DNA from: Cyanophyceae cyanobacterium
Lineage (GTDB): Bacteria > Cyanobacteriota > Cyanobacteriia > Cyanobacteriales > Laspinemataceae
Direction of reading: 5' to 3'
Assembly (NCBI GenBank): GCA_038321985.1
Contig: JBBQFN010000026.1
Coordinates: 1 to 64,000 of the forward strand
DNA: 64,000 nt
The notes under the pieces were generated by a model. The model saw only the letters and a program-made list of their open reading frames with translations, had not been told where the DNA came from and made no database searches. This document shows positions 23,450 through 33,725 of the stretch, piece after piece (within the stretch, counting starts at the first letter, position 1; each line of letters opens with the position of its first letter). The position numbers and the translations under genes are program-made.

Positions 23450-23645
23450 CGTTAAGGTAGATGATATTCGGAACCGATATCTTGAGGGCGATCGCAGCTT
23501 TGCGGGAAGCGGATTTAATTGAGGCTCATTTTCACGGAATCAAGGGAATTTCACTGGGGCTGATTTGAGTGGTACGATTCTGAGCGATGTAAATTTAGAA
23601 GGTGCCACGATGCCCGATGGCAGTCTTTACCAAAAACAAAACTGA
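23450..23645 (+). pseudogene. Pentapeptide-repeat protein remnant
   Basis: Frameshifted pieces VDDIRNRYLEGDRSFAG / ADLIEAHF / NFTGADLSGTILSDVNLEGATMPDG. Confidence 0.7.
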
Positions 23646-23798
23646 TTGGGGATGGGTTTTTGCGCCGTGAGCCGGTATGATGATAAACTAATTTCTGGCC
23701 TTAGCTCGATCGCCAGTTTCGGGCGCAGGGGGACCGAATCGCACCTATCCCATCCCTAATTTATTCAGCTTTCGTCTTTGAAGGAGTAGTAAAAGTTT

Positions 23799-24389
23799 AT
23801 GGCGTATCTTTGGTTTAAGTCTTTTCATATTATTGGCTTTGTAGCTTGGTTTGCCGGACTGTTTTATTTACCTCGTTTATTCGTGTATCATATTGAAGCC
23901 AACGAACGACCTGAAGCGGTTAGAGAGGCTCTCAAAGAGGAGTATAACCGCATGGAAAAACGGCTTTATAAATTGATTATGATGCCTGCAATGATTTTCA
24001 CTATTGTCATGGCGGCTGGCATTATTTATCAAGAACCGGGAGTTTTTAAAGAAACGTGGCTTCATGTTAAACTCTTGTTAGTATTGGCATTAATTGGCTT
24101 TCATTTTTACTGTGGCCGGGTAATTCGTCAGTTGGAAGCCGGAACCTGTTCTATCAGTGGTATTCAAATGCGCCGACTGAATGAAGTTCCCACTATTATA
24201 CTGGCTTTAGTCGTGTTTTTAGCCATTTTTAAAAACAGTTTTCCGACAGATATTGTCTCCTGGGGAACCATTGCCGCTATTGTTGCCTTTGCGGTGATTA
24301 TTCAACTTTATGCTCGCAAACGTCGTTTGCAAGAACAGGGAGAAAATGCCTTTAAGCCCATAAATACGCAGCAAATGCCCGAAAATTGA
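23799..24389 (+). CDS. hemJ: Protoporphyrinogen oxidase HemJ
   Basis: WFKSFHII..WFAGLFYLPRLFVYH, WLHVKL, RLNEVP. Confidence 0.93.
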   Translation: MAYLWFKSFHIIGFVAWFAGLFYLPRLFVYHIEANERPEAVREALKEEYNRMEKRLYKLIMMPAMIFTIVMAAGIIYQEPGVFKETWLHVKLLLVLALIGFHFYCGRVIRQLEAGTCSISGIQMRRLNEVPTIILALVVFLAIFKNSFPTDIVSWGTIAAIVAFAVIIQLYARKRRLQEQGENAFKPINTQQMPEN

Positions 24390-24523
24390 CAGGTGTACAA
24401 CACCCATTCAATCGGAAAGAATGTATAAACCCGATTTTTTGTCAAGTAGCTCAAGTCGATTGTACCGCCAAAATCTGCCATCGCCCCAGGGCTAAGTTTC
24501 TCCAGTTTTCAACCGGCGATCGC

Positions 24524-25498
24524 CTAAAATGAGGGAAACTTCAATAAAGAGGCGATCGCCTCCCTTGCCTGAACCATCCGCGCCTCGTGACTTCCCTCCA
24601 GGACAATATATCGTTTTCCCTGACGTTCTAACTGTTCGAGAAACCATTGGTGCATAGTCATTCGCAGGGATTCGCTTTCGCGGGTGCCATCTTGAACAAA
24701 TCCAAAATCCGGTGCAGTGAGCAAATATAGGTCATAATTTCGCCTCGCGGCGATTTGTTCCAATTTCTCACATTTTGAACCGAGATACCGGCGATGCCAA
24801 ATACAGGTAGCTAGAGGGTCGGTATCACATACTACGAGGCGATGGGAACGCATTGCCAGGGCGTCTTCCCAGGCAATTTGTCCCTGGGCAATTTGGATAA
24901 ACTCGTCACTATCCCAATCGTCGGAATCTGCGAGATATTGCCGTCCCTCCCAATACCATCGCCCGTATTCTGGCACCCAGACTGTTTGATACTGTTCTGC
25001 TAGCGATCGCGCCAAGGTAGTAGTTCCACTGGATTCTACCCCCACCATAGCGATGCGCTTGGCAAAATAGGCTTTTGCCGGGGGGGTAAGCATCTGCCAA
25101 TGAGTCCCTAGATCCTGACGCAGTTGGGTTCCAGAAATGGGGAATGCCTCCCGGGGACAGTCGATCGCAATATGTCGCGCGCCCATAAACGCCGCCCAAG
25201 GTTCGCCATACGCCTCGGAGGTAAAGGCAACATCCGGTTGTCTTCCTCCGAGTAATTCTAAGGTGCGTTTTGCCCAAGGTTCAGGCGCTTCTGGCAAATC
25301 ATCGAGGGTTTCATACACCTCAACCTCGGGATGCATGACTCGAATCCAATTCGCCCGTAAGCTGCCGGGAATCGCTTGTTCTGGTTTGGCCCCTACCACA
25401 ACGACTAACTGCTCAACCTGAGCTTTTGCCTTGCAAATTAAATAGTCATGTCCCCGGTGGAAGGGATAGAATTTACCCACGGTAACCCCCAGTTTCAT
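24524..25498 (-). CDS. NadR-like NMN adenylyltransferase / ribosylnicotinamide kinase without HTH
   Basis: GKFYPFHRGH (HxGH), ISGT, GVESSGTTT, EYGR, CDTD, FVQDGTR; overlaps pnuC stop. Confidence 0.88.
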   Translation of the reverse strand: MKLGVTVGKFYPFHRGHDYLICKAKAQVEQLVVVVGAKPEQAIPGSLRANWIRVMHPEVEVYETLDDLPEAPEPWAKRTLELLGGRQPDVAFTSEAYGEPWAAFMGARHIAIDCPREAFPISGTQLRQDLGTHWQMLTPPAKAYFAKRIAMVGVESSGTTTLARSLAEQYQTVWVPEYGRWYWEGRQYLADSDDWDSDEFIQIAQGQIAWEDALAMRSHRLVVCDTDPLATCIWHRRYLGSKCEKLEQIAARRNYDLYLLTAPDFGFVQDGTRESESLRMTMHQWFLEQLERQGKRYIVLEGSHEARMVQAREAIASLLKFPSF

Positions 25499-26154
25499 GG
25501 TTCTGAATTCTCCTGTTTTTGTTCAGAATAAAGGCGTTTAAAATTGTGCAATCCTCCAAATGCCAATAGCCAAAATATGGCATAGAGAAAACTGGTCAAG
25601 TAAAGTCCACGGGTGGCATAGAGGGGAACGTAAATGGTATCTACCCCAATCCATAAATACCAGCTTTCCAGATAGCGTTGCATTAATAATAACTGGGCGA
25701 TCGCACTGGCAACGGTGGTGAGGGCATCCCAAAAGGGGGCGGTGCCATTCAGGGCAATTAACAGCGATCGCAACCCAATCACGCTCACGGTTAAAAGTCC
25801 CACCAGCCAAGGTATCCAATGCGGGGGAATCCGGGCGATCGGTTTTGCTGTGCGATGTTCGCCGCCACGCAGCCAACTGTAAATCGCTTGCAAGCTGGTG
25901 ACTAAATAGAAGAGTTGAATCCCCACTTCCCCATAGAGTCGAACCTGATAAAATACCCAGGTATAGGCAAGCACTCCCACTAAACCAATCCACCATCCCA
26001 ACGGGTTATTTTTAGAAAGTAGCCAGACACTCCATGCGGAAGTGACAACGGCGACTGCCTCTAAAAAACTGATCTCCAAGGGGACCCAATTTTGAACCGG
26101 CAACACCATCAACAACACACTTCCAATTATACCGATTAGAATTTGTCGGTTCAT
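25495..26154 (-). CDS. pnuC: Nicotinamide riboside transporter PnuC
   Basis: Multi-TM, WDALTT, ESWYLWIGVD (WxxWxxxD). Confidence 0.9.
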   Translation of the reverse strand: MNRQILIGIIGSVLLMVLPVQNWVPLEISFLEAVAVVTSAWSVWLLSKNNPLGWWIGLVGVLAYTWVFYQVRLYGEVGIQLFYLVTSLQAIYSWLRGGEHRTAKPIARIPPHWIPWLVGLLTVSVIGLRSLLIALNGTAPFWDALTTVASAIAQLLLMQRYLESWYLWIGVDTIYVPLYATRGLYLTSFLYAIFWLLAFGGLHNFKRLYSEQKQENSEP

Positions 26155-26186
26155 TTTTTTAAGTTCATATTTCTGAGGTTAAATTC

Positions 26187-26291
26187 CTATAGCAATCCTA
26201 GCTGATTTGTAGCACACCCAGCGCGCTTGGGGTCTCGCCCTACAAGAGTTTCCATTGTCAATCCATGAATTATACCCAAGGACTGCTATAG
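26187..26291. mobile_element. Small MITE-like element with terminal inverted repeats
   Basis: CTATAGCAATCCT ... AGGACTGCTATAG (12/13 inverted match). Confidence 0.5.
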
Positions 26292-26591
26292 CGAACCTAA
26301 ATTATTTAGCAGTTGCGTAAATTATAATGAGCTATAAAAGTTCAGGGTCCAAGTCTGCCTGTAGTCAGAGAGAGTAGATCCTTCCTTCGGGAGAGGTCAT
26401 GATAATTTTCTCTGGTTAAAATAAGTAGTTAGTCTAACAATATTTTGAACAATTATAACCTTAGTAAAGAGGAGAACTATCTTGCTGCCTAATGCTGGGA
26501 GATTCTCCCTCTCCTTTTTTGGTGAATTGCTCAATTGATGTGGACGGGTCTATGAAAATTACAATGAATCTTTGGATTTTATTATCTAGAT

Positions 26592-27719
26592 ATGAAAGTT
26601 TCAACTCATCCCCTGGGGTTAATGCTCACGATTTATCAGCGGGTCATTCCGGCTGTTCATCGCCAGTGGAACCATTGGAAAAAACAGGCTCAAAAAATTC
26701 CCAATCTTGAACTGAGAAAGCAAGCGTTAATGAGCTTAGAAACCAAACGGTTTCACTGTGAAGGGGGTGCAATTTATGGCTTGTTAGCTAAAGAAGATTG
26801 TGATAAAGTTATTAAATTTATTGTAGGGTATCAAACCCTTTGTGATTATTTAGACAATTTATGCGATCGCAGCACGTCCCTGGACCCTCAAGATTTTAGA
26901 GCGCTTCACGAATCAATCTTTGATGCTTTAAACCCAGGAGCAAAATCGGGAAATTATTATCGGTTTCGGAAAGAACAGGATGATGGAGGCTACTTGAACC
27001 AGCTAGTAAAAAATTGCCAAACTGTATTACAGTCTCTTCCTGCCTATTCTAAAATTGATTCATCCCTTCAAGAATTAGCCCGTTATTATTGTGATTTGCA
27101 AGTTCACAAGCACGTTCGAGTTGAGGAACGCGTTCCCCGGCTCACTCAGTGGTTTAAGTCATACAAAAACGAGCTTCCCCAGATGCAGTGGTTTGAGTTT
27201 TCAGCCTGTGCTGGCTCGACTTTGGGGATTTTTTGCCTAGTGAGTTACGCTTGTAATGAAAATTACTCGGAAGGGTTAACCCAAAAAGTCAAAGCTGGTT
27301 ATTTCCCGTGGGTACAAGGTCTGCATATTTTATTAGATTACTTAATTGATAGAGAAGAAGATAGACGGGGTGGGGATTTGAATTTTTGTTTTTATTACAA
27401 AAATATAGATAAAATGAAAGAACGATTGGCGCATTTTTTATCTAAGGCAAATCAAAGTGTCACTCAATTACCCGACCCCAAATTTCATTTAATGATTAAT
27501 CAAGCCTTGCTCGGAATCTATCTCGCTGACCCCAAAGCGAGAGAGGATGAAGAAACAAAAGCGATCGCCAAACATCTGCTGCGGTTGGGTGGAGGTGGGG
27601 CTTTCTTTTTCTTCTGGAATGGTCGGGTGATGGCAAAACTTCGCCAAGTCATGTTAGGCGGATTGCCAGGGAATCGAGATAAGCAGAAATTTTTCCAGCC
27701 GTTAGAAGATTTTTCTTAA
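26592..27719 (+). CDS. Tetraprenyl-beta-curcumene synthase family (YtpB/DUF2600, class IB terpene synthase)
   Basis: FHCEGG, DYLDNLCDRS, EEQDD-like KEQDDGGY, DLQVHKH, FSACAGSTL, LHILLDYLIDREED..GDLNF match Bacillus YtpB motifs as recalled. Confidence 0.9.
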   Translation: MKVSTHPLGLMLTIYQRVIPAVHRQWNHWKKQAQKIPNLELRKQALMSLETKRFHCEGGAIYGLLAKEDCDKVIKFIVGYQTLCDYLDNLCDRSTSLDPQDFRALHESIFDALNPGAKSGNYYRFRKEQDDGGYLNQLVKNCQTVLQSLPAYSKIDSSLQELARYYCDLQVHKHVRVEERVPRLTQWFKSYKNELPQMQWFEFSACAGSTLGIFCLVSYACNENYSEGLTQKVKAGYFPWVQGLHILLDYLIDREEDRRGGDLNFCFYYKNIDKMKERLAHFLSKANQSVTQLPDPKFHLMINQALLGIYLADPKAREDEETKAIAKHLLRLGGGGAFFFFWNGRVMAKLRQVMLGGLPGNRDKQKFFQPLEDFS

Positions 27720-27833
27720 GGATGTACATAAAATAAAAGTTCTGCATTTAACCGGGTTAGACAAAGCACAGAACAGTCTTTACCCATATTACAGAGAAGA
27801 TTTTATTTTTTAGAGTTCCTTAAAAGATAAAGA

Positions 27834-27855
27834 AAAGCCCGCTGATGCGGGCTTT
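27834..27855. terminator. Terminator between convergent ytpB-like gene and ppsA
   Basis: AAAGCCCGC-TGAT-GCGGGCTTT. Confidence 0.75.
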
Positions 27856-27908
27856 GTTTCTGATTGGGGAGAATTCACTCTCCCGGCTATCTTACGGGGA
27901 AAGCTGGA

Positions 27909-30428
27909 TTAGTTCATGCTTTCTTCCAACTGGGCGATGTCGAGTAGGGTTTTCATCACTGAGTCGGGGTTTAAGCTGATTGAGTCAATACCCTGTTCCA
28001 CCAGGAACCTTGCAAATTCGGGATAATCTGAAGGCGCTTGACCACAGATGCCAATCTTGCGGCCCGTTTTCTTAACGGTTTGGATGACCATTTTTACCAT
28101 ATCTTTAACGGCTTGGTTGCGTTCGTCAAAGATGTGAGCAACTAAGGCAGAGTCGCGGTCCAAACCCAAAGTAAGCTGAGTCAAATCATTGGAACCGATG
28201 GAGAATCCGTCGAAGATTTCGGCGAATTGTTCGGCCAAAATGACGTTACTGGGGATTTCACACATCACATAGACTTGTAGCCCATTTTCACCGCGCTTGA
28301 GTCCGAATTTTTCCATGGTCTCTATCACTTTGCGACCTTCATGGGGGGTGCGGCAGAAGGGAATCATGGGGATGACGTTGGTTAAACCCATGTCGTCCCG
28401 AACCCGTTTGAGGGCGACGCACTCTAACCCGTAGGCTTCTATATAGTTGGGGTCGTAGTAGCGAGATGCACCACGCCAGCCGATCATCGGGTTTTCTTCT
28501 TTCGGCTCGAATTGCTTACCCCCTAACAGGTTAGCGTATTCGTTGCTCTTGAAGTCCGACATCCGGACGATAACGGGATTCGGATAGAAGGCAGCGGCGA
28601 TCGTGCCGATACCATAGGCTAGTTTTTCTACAAAAAAGTCGGGTTTGTGCGAATACAGTTTCGTCAGTTCGCCAATCTCTTTTTTGACGGCTTGATCTTC
28701 GAGTTGATCGAAGTGGATCAAGGCTAAGGGATGAGCTTTGATGTGATTGGCGATGATGAATTCAAATCGGGCTAAACCAACGCCATCGCAGGGGAGAGAA
28801 GATAAACCGAAGGCTTCTTCGGGGTTGCCGACGTTCATCAAGATTTTAGTTTTGGTGCGAGGCAGGTTGTCGATCGCCGTTTCGAGAACCTCGAAGGGAA
28901 CTAAACCTTCATAAACTTTGCCTTCTTCCCCTTCGGAACAGGAAACCGTCACCTCTTGCCCATTCTGGATATCTTTGGTGGCAGTAGAGCACCCGACGAT
29001 CGCCGGGATACCCATTTCCCGCGCAATGATTGCCGCGTGGCAAGTCCGTCCCCCTTGGTTGGTGACGATCGCCCGGGCTTTTTTCATGATCGGTTCCCAA
29101 TCCGGGTCCGTCTTGTTGGTGACTAACACTTCACCTTCTTGGAACTGGTCCAGATTGTGGATATCTAAGATGACGCGGGCTTTACCTTGGCCGATCATTT
29201 CGCCCACGGCACGACCCCGGACTATAATCTCACTGGTGCCATTGAGTCTGAAGTTGCGGATTACGTTTCCGGCTTTCTGGGATTGCACGGTTTCCGGACG
29301 CGCTTGCACGATGAACAATTCGCCCGTCAATCCATCTTTGGCCCACTCAATGTCCATGGGGGTATATTTGCCCCGAGATTCGCTGTAGTGGTCTTCGATA
29401 ATGCAAGCCCATTTTGCTAAAGTGAGAATTTCATCATCGGTGATGCAGTATTGATCTCGCTCAGGAGGGGAAACAGAGACGTTTTTAGTCAGCTTTGACC
29501 CGCCCACGTCATAAATCATTTTGATTTCTTTACTGCCTAGGCGTTTTTCCAGGATGGGGCGTTTGCCTTCTTTCAAGGTAGGTTTGAAGACAAAATATTC
29601 GTCGGGGTTGACTGCACCTTGGACGACGGTTTCCCCTAATCCATAAGCTGCGGTGACTAAGGCGGCGTTCTTGAAGCCTGTTTCCGTGTCGATGGAGAAC
29701 ATAACGCCAGAACTGGCTAAGTCAGAGCGTACCATTTTTTGGACACCAACAGAAAGGGCAACCTTGAATTCGTCAAAGTCGGGCCGCTTTGAGGCGTATT
29801 GATGACGATAGGAGATGGCGCGATCGGTAAATAAAGAGGCAAAGCATTTATGACAGGATTCGAGCACTCCTTTGACGCCGTGGACGTTAAGGTAGGTTTC
29901 TTGTTGTCCGGCAAAACTCGCATCGGGTAAGTCTTCGGCAGTGGCGCTGGAACGAACCGCTACGTCAAGATCGCTGCTAAACCGCTCGCACACTTCTTGA
30001 TATTGTGGCCCGAAGTGCTGGCAAAAATCAGCATTGACTCCATAGCGATCGCACAATTTGATGTAAGCGATCGCGATCGCCTCGTCTAATTCTTTCGGAA
30101 ATGGGGTGTTCATCACCATTGACCGCGCTTGCTTACCCCGCTCCCGCAGATTGTTGACGTCATTCAGGTCTAGATCCGCAAACAAGGCTCTTAGTTTCTG
30201 CTCTAATCCGGCTTTTTCGATAAAGTACCGATAAGCATACGCAGTGGTGGCAAAGCCTGTGGGAACATTCACTCCCTTGGATGCAAGCTGTTGGATCATT
30301 TCACCTAATGAGGAGTTTTTTCCCCCAACTAAGCCTAGATCTGCTAACCCTACTTCTTCAAAGAAAAGTACCAATGCTGTTTCTTTGGAGGCTGTGGTTA
30401 ATTTTTGTTCTGGAGCTGTAGAAACCAT
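27909..30428 (-). CDS. ppsA: Phosphoenolpyruvate synthase
   Basis: VGGKN, VAVRSSATAED, GGRTCHAAII (phospho-His), EENPMIGWRG, SIGSNDL. Confidence 0.97.
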   Translation of the reverse strand: MVSTAPEQKLTTASKETALVLFFEEVGLADLGLVGGKNSSLGEMIQQLASKGVNVPTGFATTAYAYRYFIEKAGLEQKLRALFADLDLNDVNNLRERGKQARSMVMNTPFPKELDEAIAIAYIKLCDRYGVNADFCQHFGPQYQEVCERFSSDLDVAVRSSATAEDLPDASFAGQQETYLNVHGVKGVLESCHKCFASLFTDRAISYRHQYASKRPDFDEFKVALSVGVQKMVRSDLASSGVMFSIDTETGFKNAALVTAAYGLGETVVQGAVNPDEYFVFKPTLKEGKRPILEKRLGSKEIKMIYDVGGSKLTKNVSVSPPERDQYCITDDEILTLAKWACIIEDHYSESRGKYTPMDIEWAKDGLTGELFIVQARPETVQSQKAGNVIRNFRLNGTSEIIVRGRAVGEMIGQGKARVILDIHNLDQFQEGEVLVTNKTDPDWEPIMKKARAIVTNQGGRTCHAAIIAREMGIPAIVGCSTATKDIQNGQEVTVSCSEGEEGKVYEGLVPFEVLETAIDNLPRTKTKILMNVGNPEEAFGLSSLPCDGVGLARFEFIIANHIKAHPLALIHFDQLEDQAVKKEIGELTKLYSHKPDFFVEKLAYGIGTIAAAFYPNPVIVRMSDFKSNEYANLLGGKQFEPKEENPMIGWRGASRYYDPNYIEAYGLECVALKRVRDDMGLTNVIPMIPFCRTPHEGRKVIETMEKFGLKRGENGLQVYVMCEIPSNVILAEQFAEIFDGFSIGSNDLTQLTLGLDRDSALVAHIFDERNQAVKDMVKMVIQTVKKTGRKIGICGQAPSDYPEFARFLVEQGIDSISLNPDSVMKTLLDIAQLEESMN

Positions 30429-30667
30429 ATATCCTACTCCTTTTACCTGATGCTCGTTTTCACAAGCTGGGTAGAAGGTCAATGAACTTTGTTTCTTTTG
30501 ACCCTCTATCTAAATCATAATCCAGGTTAGGGAAATTGTCCCCCCCTTAAAAATATTTATTTGGTAAAGATTTGTACCTCGGAGATAGCGACGATAAACC
30601 CCTGGGATTTTGGTCATGTTTAATATATTTTACCTTATTTCGTCCCGGGAATTGCGGCGAGTTTGTT

Positions 30668-31245
30668 TAATACTCCATACGGTAGTTATAGGTCTGTTAA
30701 AAGGATCACAACTTGGTGGACCCCACCCTAACCCTCCCCTTGCAAAGGTCCGGGAACCATCAGATGAAATTAAACGACTTTTGATACCCGGATTTGGTAT
30801 AAATAACATTTATAGGGTTTATCGGAATCCTGCGATCCCCATAAGTCAGGGGTGAGTAAAGCCTACAGCGAGCCAGATATGAGGTCCCGACGGCAGGCTA
30901 AGGGAACGTACTCCCCGGGAGCAAGATGCCAAGCAAGTAGGCAGGCTTACGGGCATCACCCACAGGCGGGTGGGAAGGCGATCGCACTCCTAAAATGTAC
31001 GGGAATAACGGTGGAAACCCCTATAAATGAATTTAACATCAATTCCGTTGTTTATTTCTTAATATTAAGGTGTCGTTTGCAGCCGGTTGGGTTCTATTTG
31101 TGCGGACCCTGTAATACTCCATACGGTAGTTATAGGTCTGTTAAAAGGATCGCAACTTAGTGGACCCCACCCTAACCCTCCCCTTGGCAAGGGGAGGGAA
31201 CCATCAGATGAAATTAAAACGACTTTTAATACCCGGATTTAGTAT
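30668..31245. repeat. Two ~133-bp direct repeats (30668-30800, 31112-31245) bracketing an element with inverted ends (30807-31029)
   Basis: Both copies run TAATACTCCATACGGTAGTTATAGG...ACCCGGATTT(G/A)GTAT and contain the ACCCCACCCTAACCCTCCCC hairpin repeat. Confidence 0.85.
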
Positions 31246-31555
31246 GATTCCCAGCAACCTAGTCTAATCAATTCTTCTTAAATTGTGAGACTCAGAGATT
31301 GCTAGGAGTAAATACCGCCCGCAGCAGCCCTTATTCAGTAATAAATTATCGAGATTATGGGTGGTCCGGAACTCAATTCTCGAAGTTCATAAAAACCTAT
31401 TTCGGGATTAAGGATAAACCTAACCTACCGATCGCCCGGGGATTCCCCTTCCCCAACTCCGGATTCCCCAATCCGGTACCTTTTCAAGAGGGGTTTAAGA
31501 ATTGCTACCCTAGAGAGGGGAACCATCAAGTTAGTAAACCTTGGCTTGTGACAAT

Positions 31556-32980
31556 ATGCCAGAAACAGGAGCGATACTACAAGAGCGTTATCAACTGCAA
31601 GAGCAGTTAAATGATAACCCGGCACGGGAAACCTGGTTGGCAGTGGATCTGACTACCGAGGAACTCGTGGTGGTGAAGTTGCTGGTGTGGGGGGGTGCGA
31701 AGGCATGGGAAAGTCTCAAGCTATTTGAACGGGAGGCAAAGGTACTCCAAAATTTAGCCCATCCGCGCATTCCTCGGTATCGGGATTATTTTGCGATCGA
31801 TGATGGGACCTTGTGGTCTGGTTTAGTCCAAGATTATATTCCCGGGGCCTCGCTTCAGGACTGGATCGATCGCGGCAGGCGGTTTACCCAGGAGGAAGTC
31901 GAGGGGATGGCGAGTGCGCTGTTAACTATATTATGTTACCTCCATGAGTTAAATCCCCCCGTTTTGCACCGGGATATTAAACCGAGCAATATTATATTAG
32001 GAGAGGATAACGAAATTTATCTCGTGGATTTTGGGGCAGCACAGGACCGGGCCGCCCTCACTCCGGGACGCAGTTTTACCGTAGTCGGCACTTATGGTTA
32101 TACTCCGTTAGAACAATTTGGGGGTCAGGCTGTACCGGCGTCGGATTTATATGCCGTGGGTGCAACCTTGGTGCATTTACTGACGGGAGTACCGCCTGCG
32201 GAGTTAGTGCAGAAGAATTTGCAGCTAGAGTTTGGCGATCGCCTCAGTACCAATCTCAGCCCCTATTTAGTCGGTTGGCTGCAAACCATGACTGCAACCG
32301 AGGTAGACAATCGTTATCCCACTGCGACGGAGGCGATCGCCGCCCTCCAGGGAGTGGCAACTTTATCTACAGACAACCGCCCTTTTTATCAACCCGATAT
32401 CACCCCAATTCAACTCCGGATCAAGCCGCAAAAATTAGAGATAATTCTTCCGGAACCGGGGTTAAAGGTATTAAACTGGGGGTTGAATTTGTGGCGACGG
32501 GGATTAAAATTTATAGAACGAACAGTTGCCTCCTTGCGAGAGAATTGGACTACTTCCGATCTGATTGCTCAAGTGTTAGTTTATCTGTTGATTGGCATTG
32601 GTAGCGCCGCCCTGCTGTCCCTGGTCCTGAACATAGCCATGGTGCTGCTACCGATATTAATTCCCGTGGTGATGGTGGCCTGTTTGAGCGAATATTTTGA
32701 ACGAACCATCGTCTGTTTAGAACGTGATCGCAATACCTTTGAAATTCAGCAAAAACGGTTAGGAGTTACCTATCGCCGGCAACTGGGGGTCACCGCGCAT
32801 ATTCAAACCGCCTCTATTTTTTATGATAATAAAAAGTTTGTGATGGGAGTTGCCCTCACGGCTGGACCAAAACCGGGATATTATCAACAATATGCCTTTG
32901 GAAATTCGGGGCGCAAACTCACAGAGGAAGAGTGTACCTGGTTAGCCCAGGAAATTGAGGACTGGTTGGAGTTGGAATAA
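31556..32980 (+). CDS. Membrane Ser/Thr protein kinase (Hanks type)
   Basis: VVVK, FEREA, HRDIKPSN, DFG, GTYGYTPLEQ; two C-terminal TM helices. Confidence 0.93.
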   Translation: MPETGAILQERYQLQEQLNDNPARETWLAVDLTTEELVVVKLLVWGGAKAWESLKLFEREAKVLQNLAHPRIPRYRDYFAIDDGTLWSGLVQDYIPGASLQDWIDRGRRFTQEEVEGMASALLTILCYLHELNPPVLHRDIKPSNIILGEDNEIYLVDFGAAQDRAALTPGRSFTVVGTYGYTPLEQFGGQAVPASDLYAVGATLVHLLTGVPPAELVQKNLQLEFGDRLSTNLSPYLVGWLQTMTATEVDNRYPTATEAIAALQGVATLSTDNRPFYQPDITPIQLRIKPQKLEIILPEPGLKVLNWGLNLWRRGLKFIERTVASLRENWTTSDLIAQVLVYLLIGIGSAALLSLVLNIAMVLLPILIPVVMVACLSEYFERTIVCLERDRNTFEIQQKRLGVTYRRQLGVTAHIQTASIFYDNKKFVMGVALTAGPKPGYYQQYAFGNSGRKLTEEECTWLAQEIEDWLELE

Positions 32981-33286
32981 CCAACCCAGGGTGAGAGGGA
33001 GTCATCCAGTTGATTTGTTGAGCGCCCGGAATCGTTTTCTCCTCCGATAGTGCGATCGCCCCAGCTTCTGAGTGTATCCCTGCCGATATATTTTTCCCCG
33101 GCTTCACAAGATCTTCACAGTTTGGCGTTACCATAACCTATTAGAGCTGGCTGTTTTGCCTCAGTTGCCGTGAGTTTAGGGAGCTGAAGTTAGGGCTTGT
33201 GGGGTGATTCAGCTAACTCCCCCGATATTAAATTGCACCTTTTTTAATGGGGTGCTGGGTGTAAAAAATTAGATGAACTCAAAACC

Positions 33287-33472
33287 ATGCCAGGTGGTAA
33301 TGCGAGTCATAAAGGTCATTCGGTTAAACCCAATACGAATGCTAATCATTTAGTCGATGTAGCTGCGGAACTCGAAGAAGACCCTCGGGATGAACTGAAG
33401 GAACCGGAAGGTTAGGAATTTGACCGGGAAGAGAAACCCGTTAATCCAAAAGCCCTGCAAAGACCGGAATAG
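33287..33472 (+). pseudogene. Small acidic ORF with in-frame TAG at 33413
   Basis: MPGGNASHKGH...ELKEPEG*EFDREEKPVNPKALQRPE*. Confidence 0.4.
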
Positions 33473-33725
33473 CAGTAACCGGGAATAGTGACCCTGTTCG
33501 CTGTTATTTTATATCAAAATTTCTGTAAATTACATTTCTCAATCTTTCCATAATTTAGGCAAAAATATATAAATTAATTCCATCTTTCCCCCCTACAGTA
33601 AGAGAGGGAAAGGTTGCCGATTATTTAAGTTTTACGGATAAAAATTGGCCGGTGATTACCTACTGACTAATTGTTCATTTCAAGAGGATTGTCAAGGCGA
33701 TCGGTCACCTAACATAAAGATGCCG

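Noticed and set aside
30852..31160. 102-aa ORF in the repeat region
   Set aside because: Runs through repeat ends and has no protein-like features
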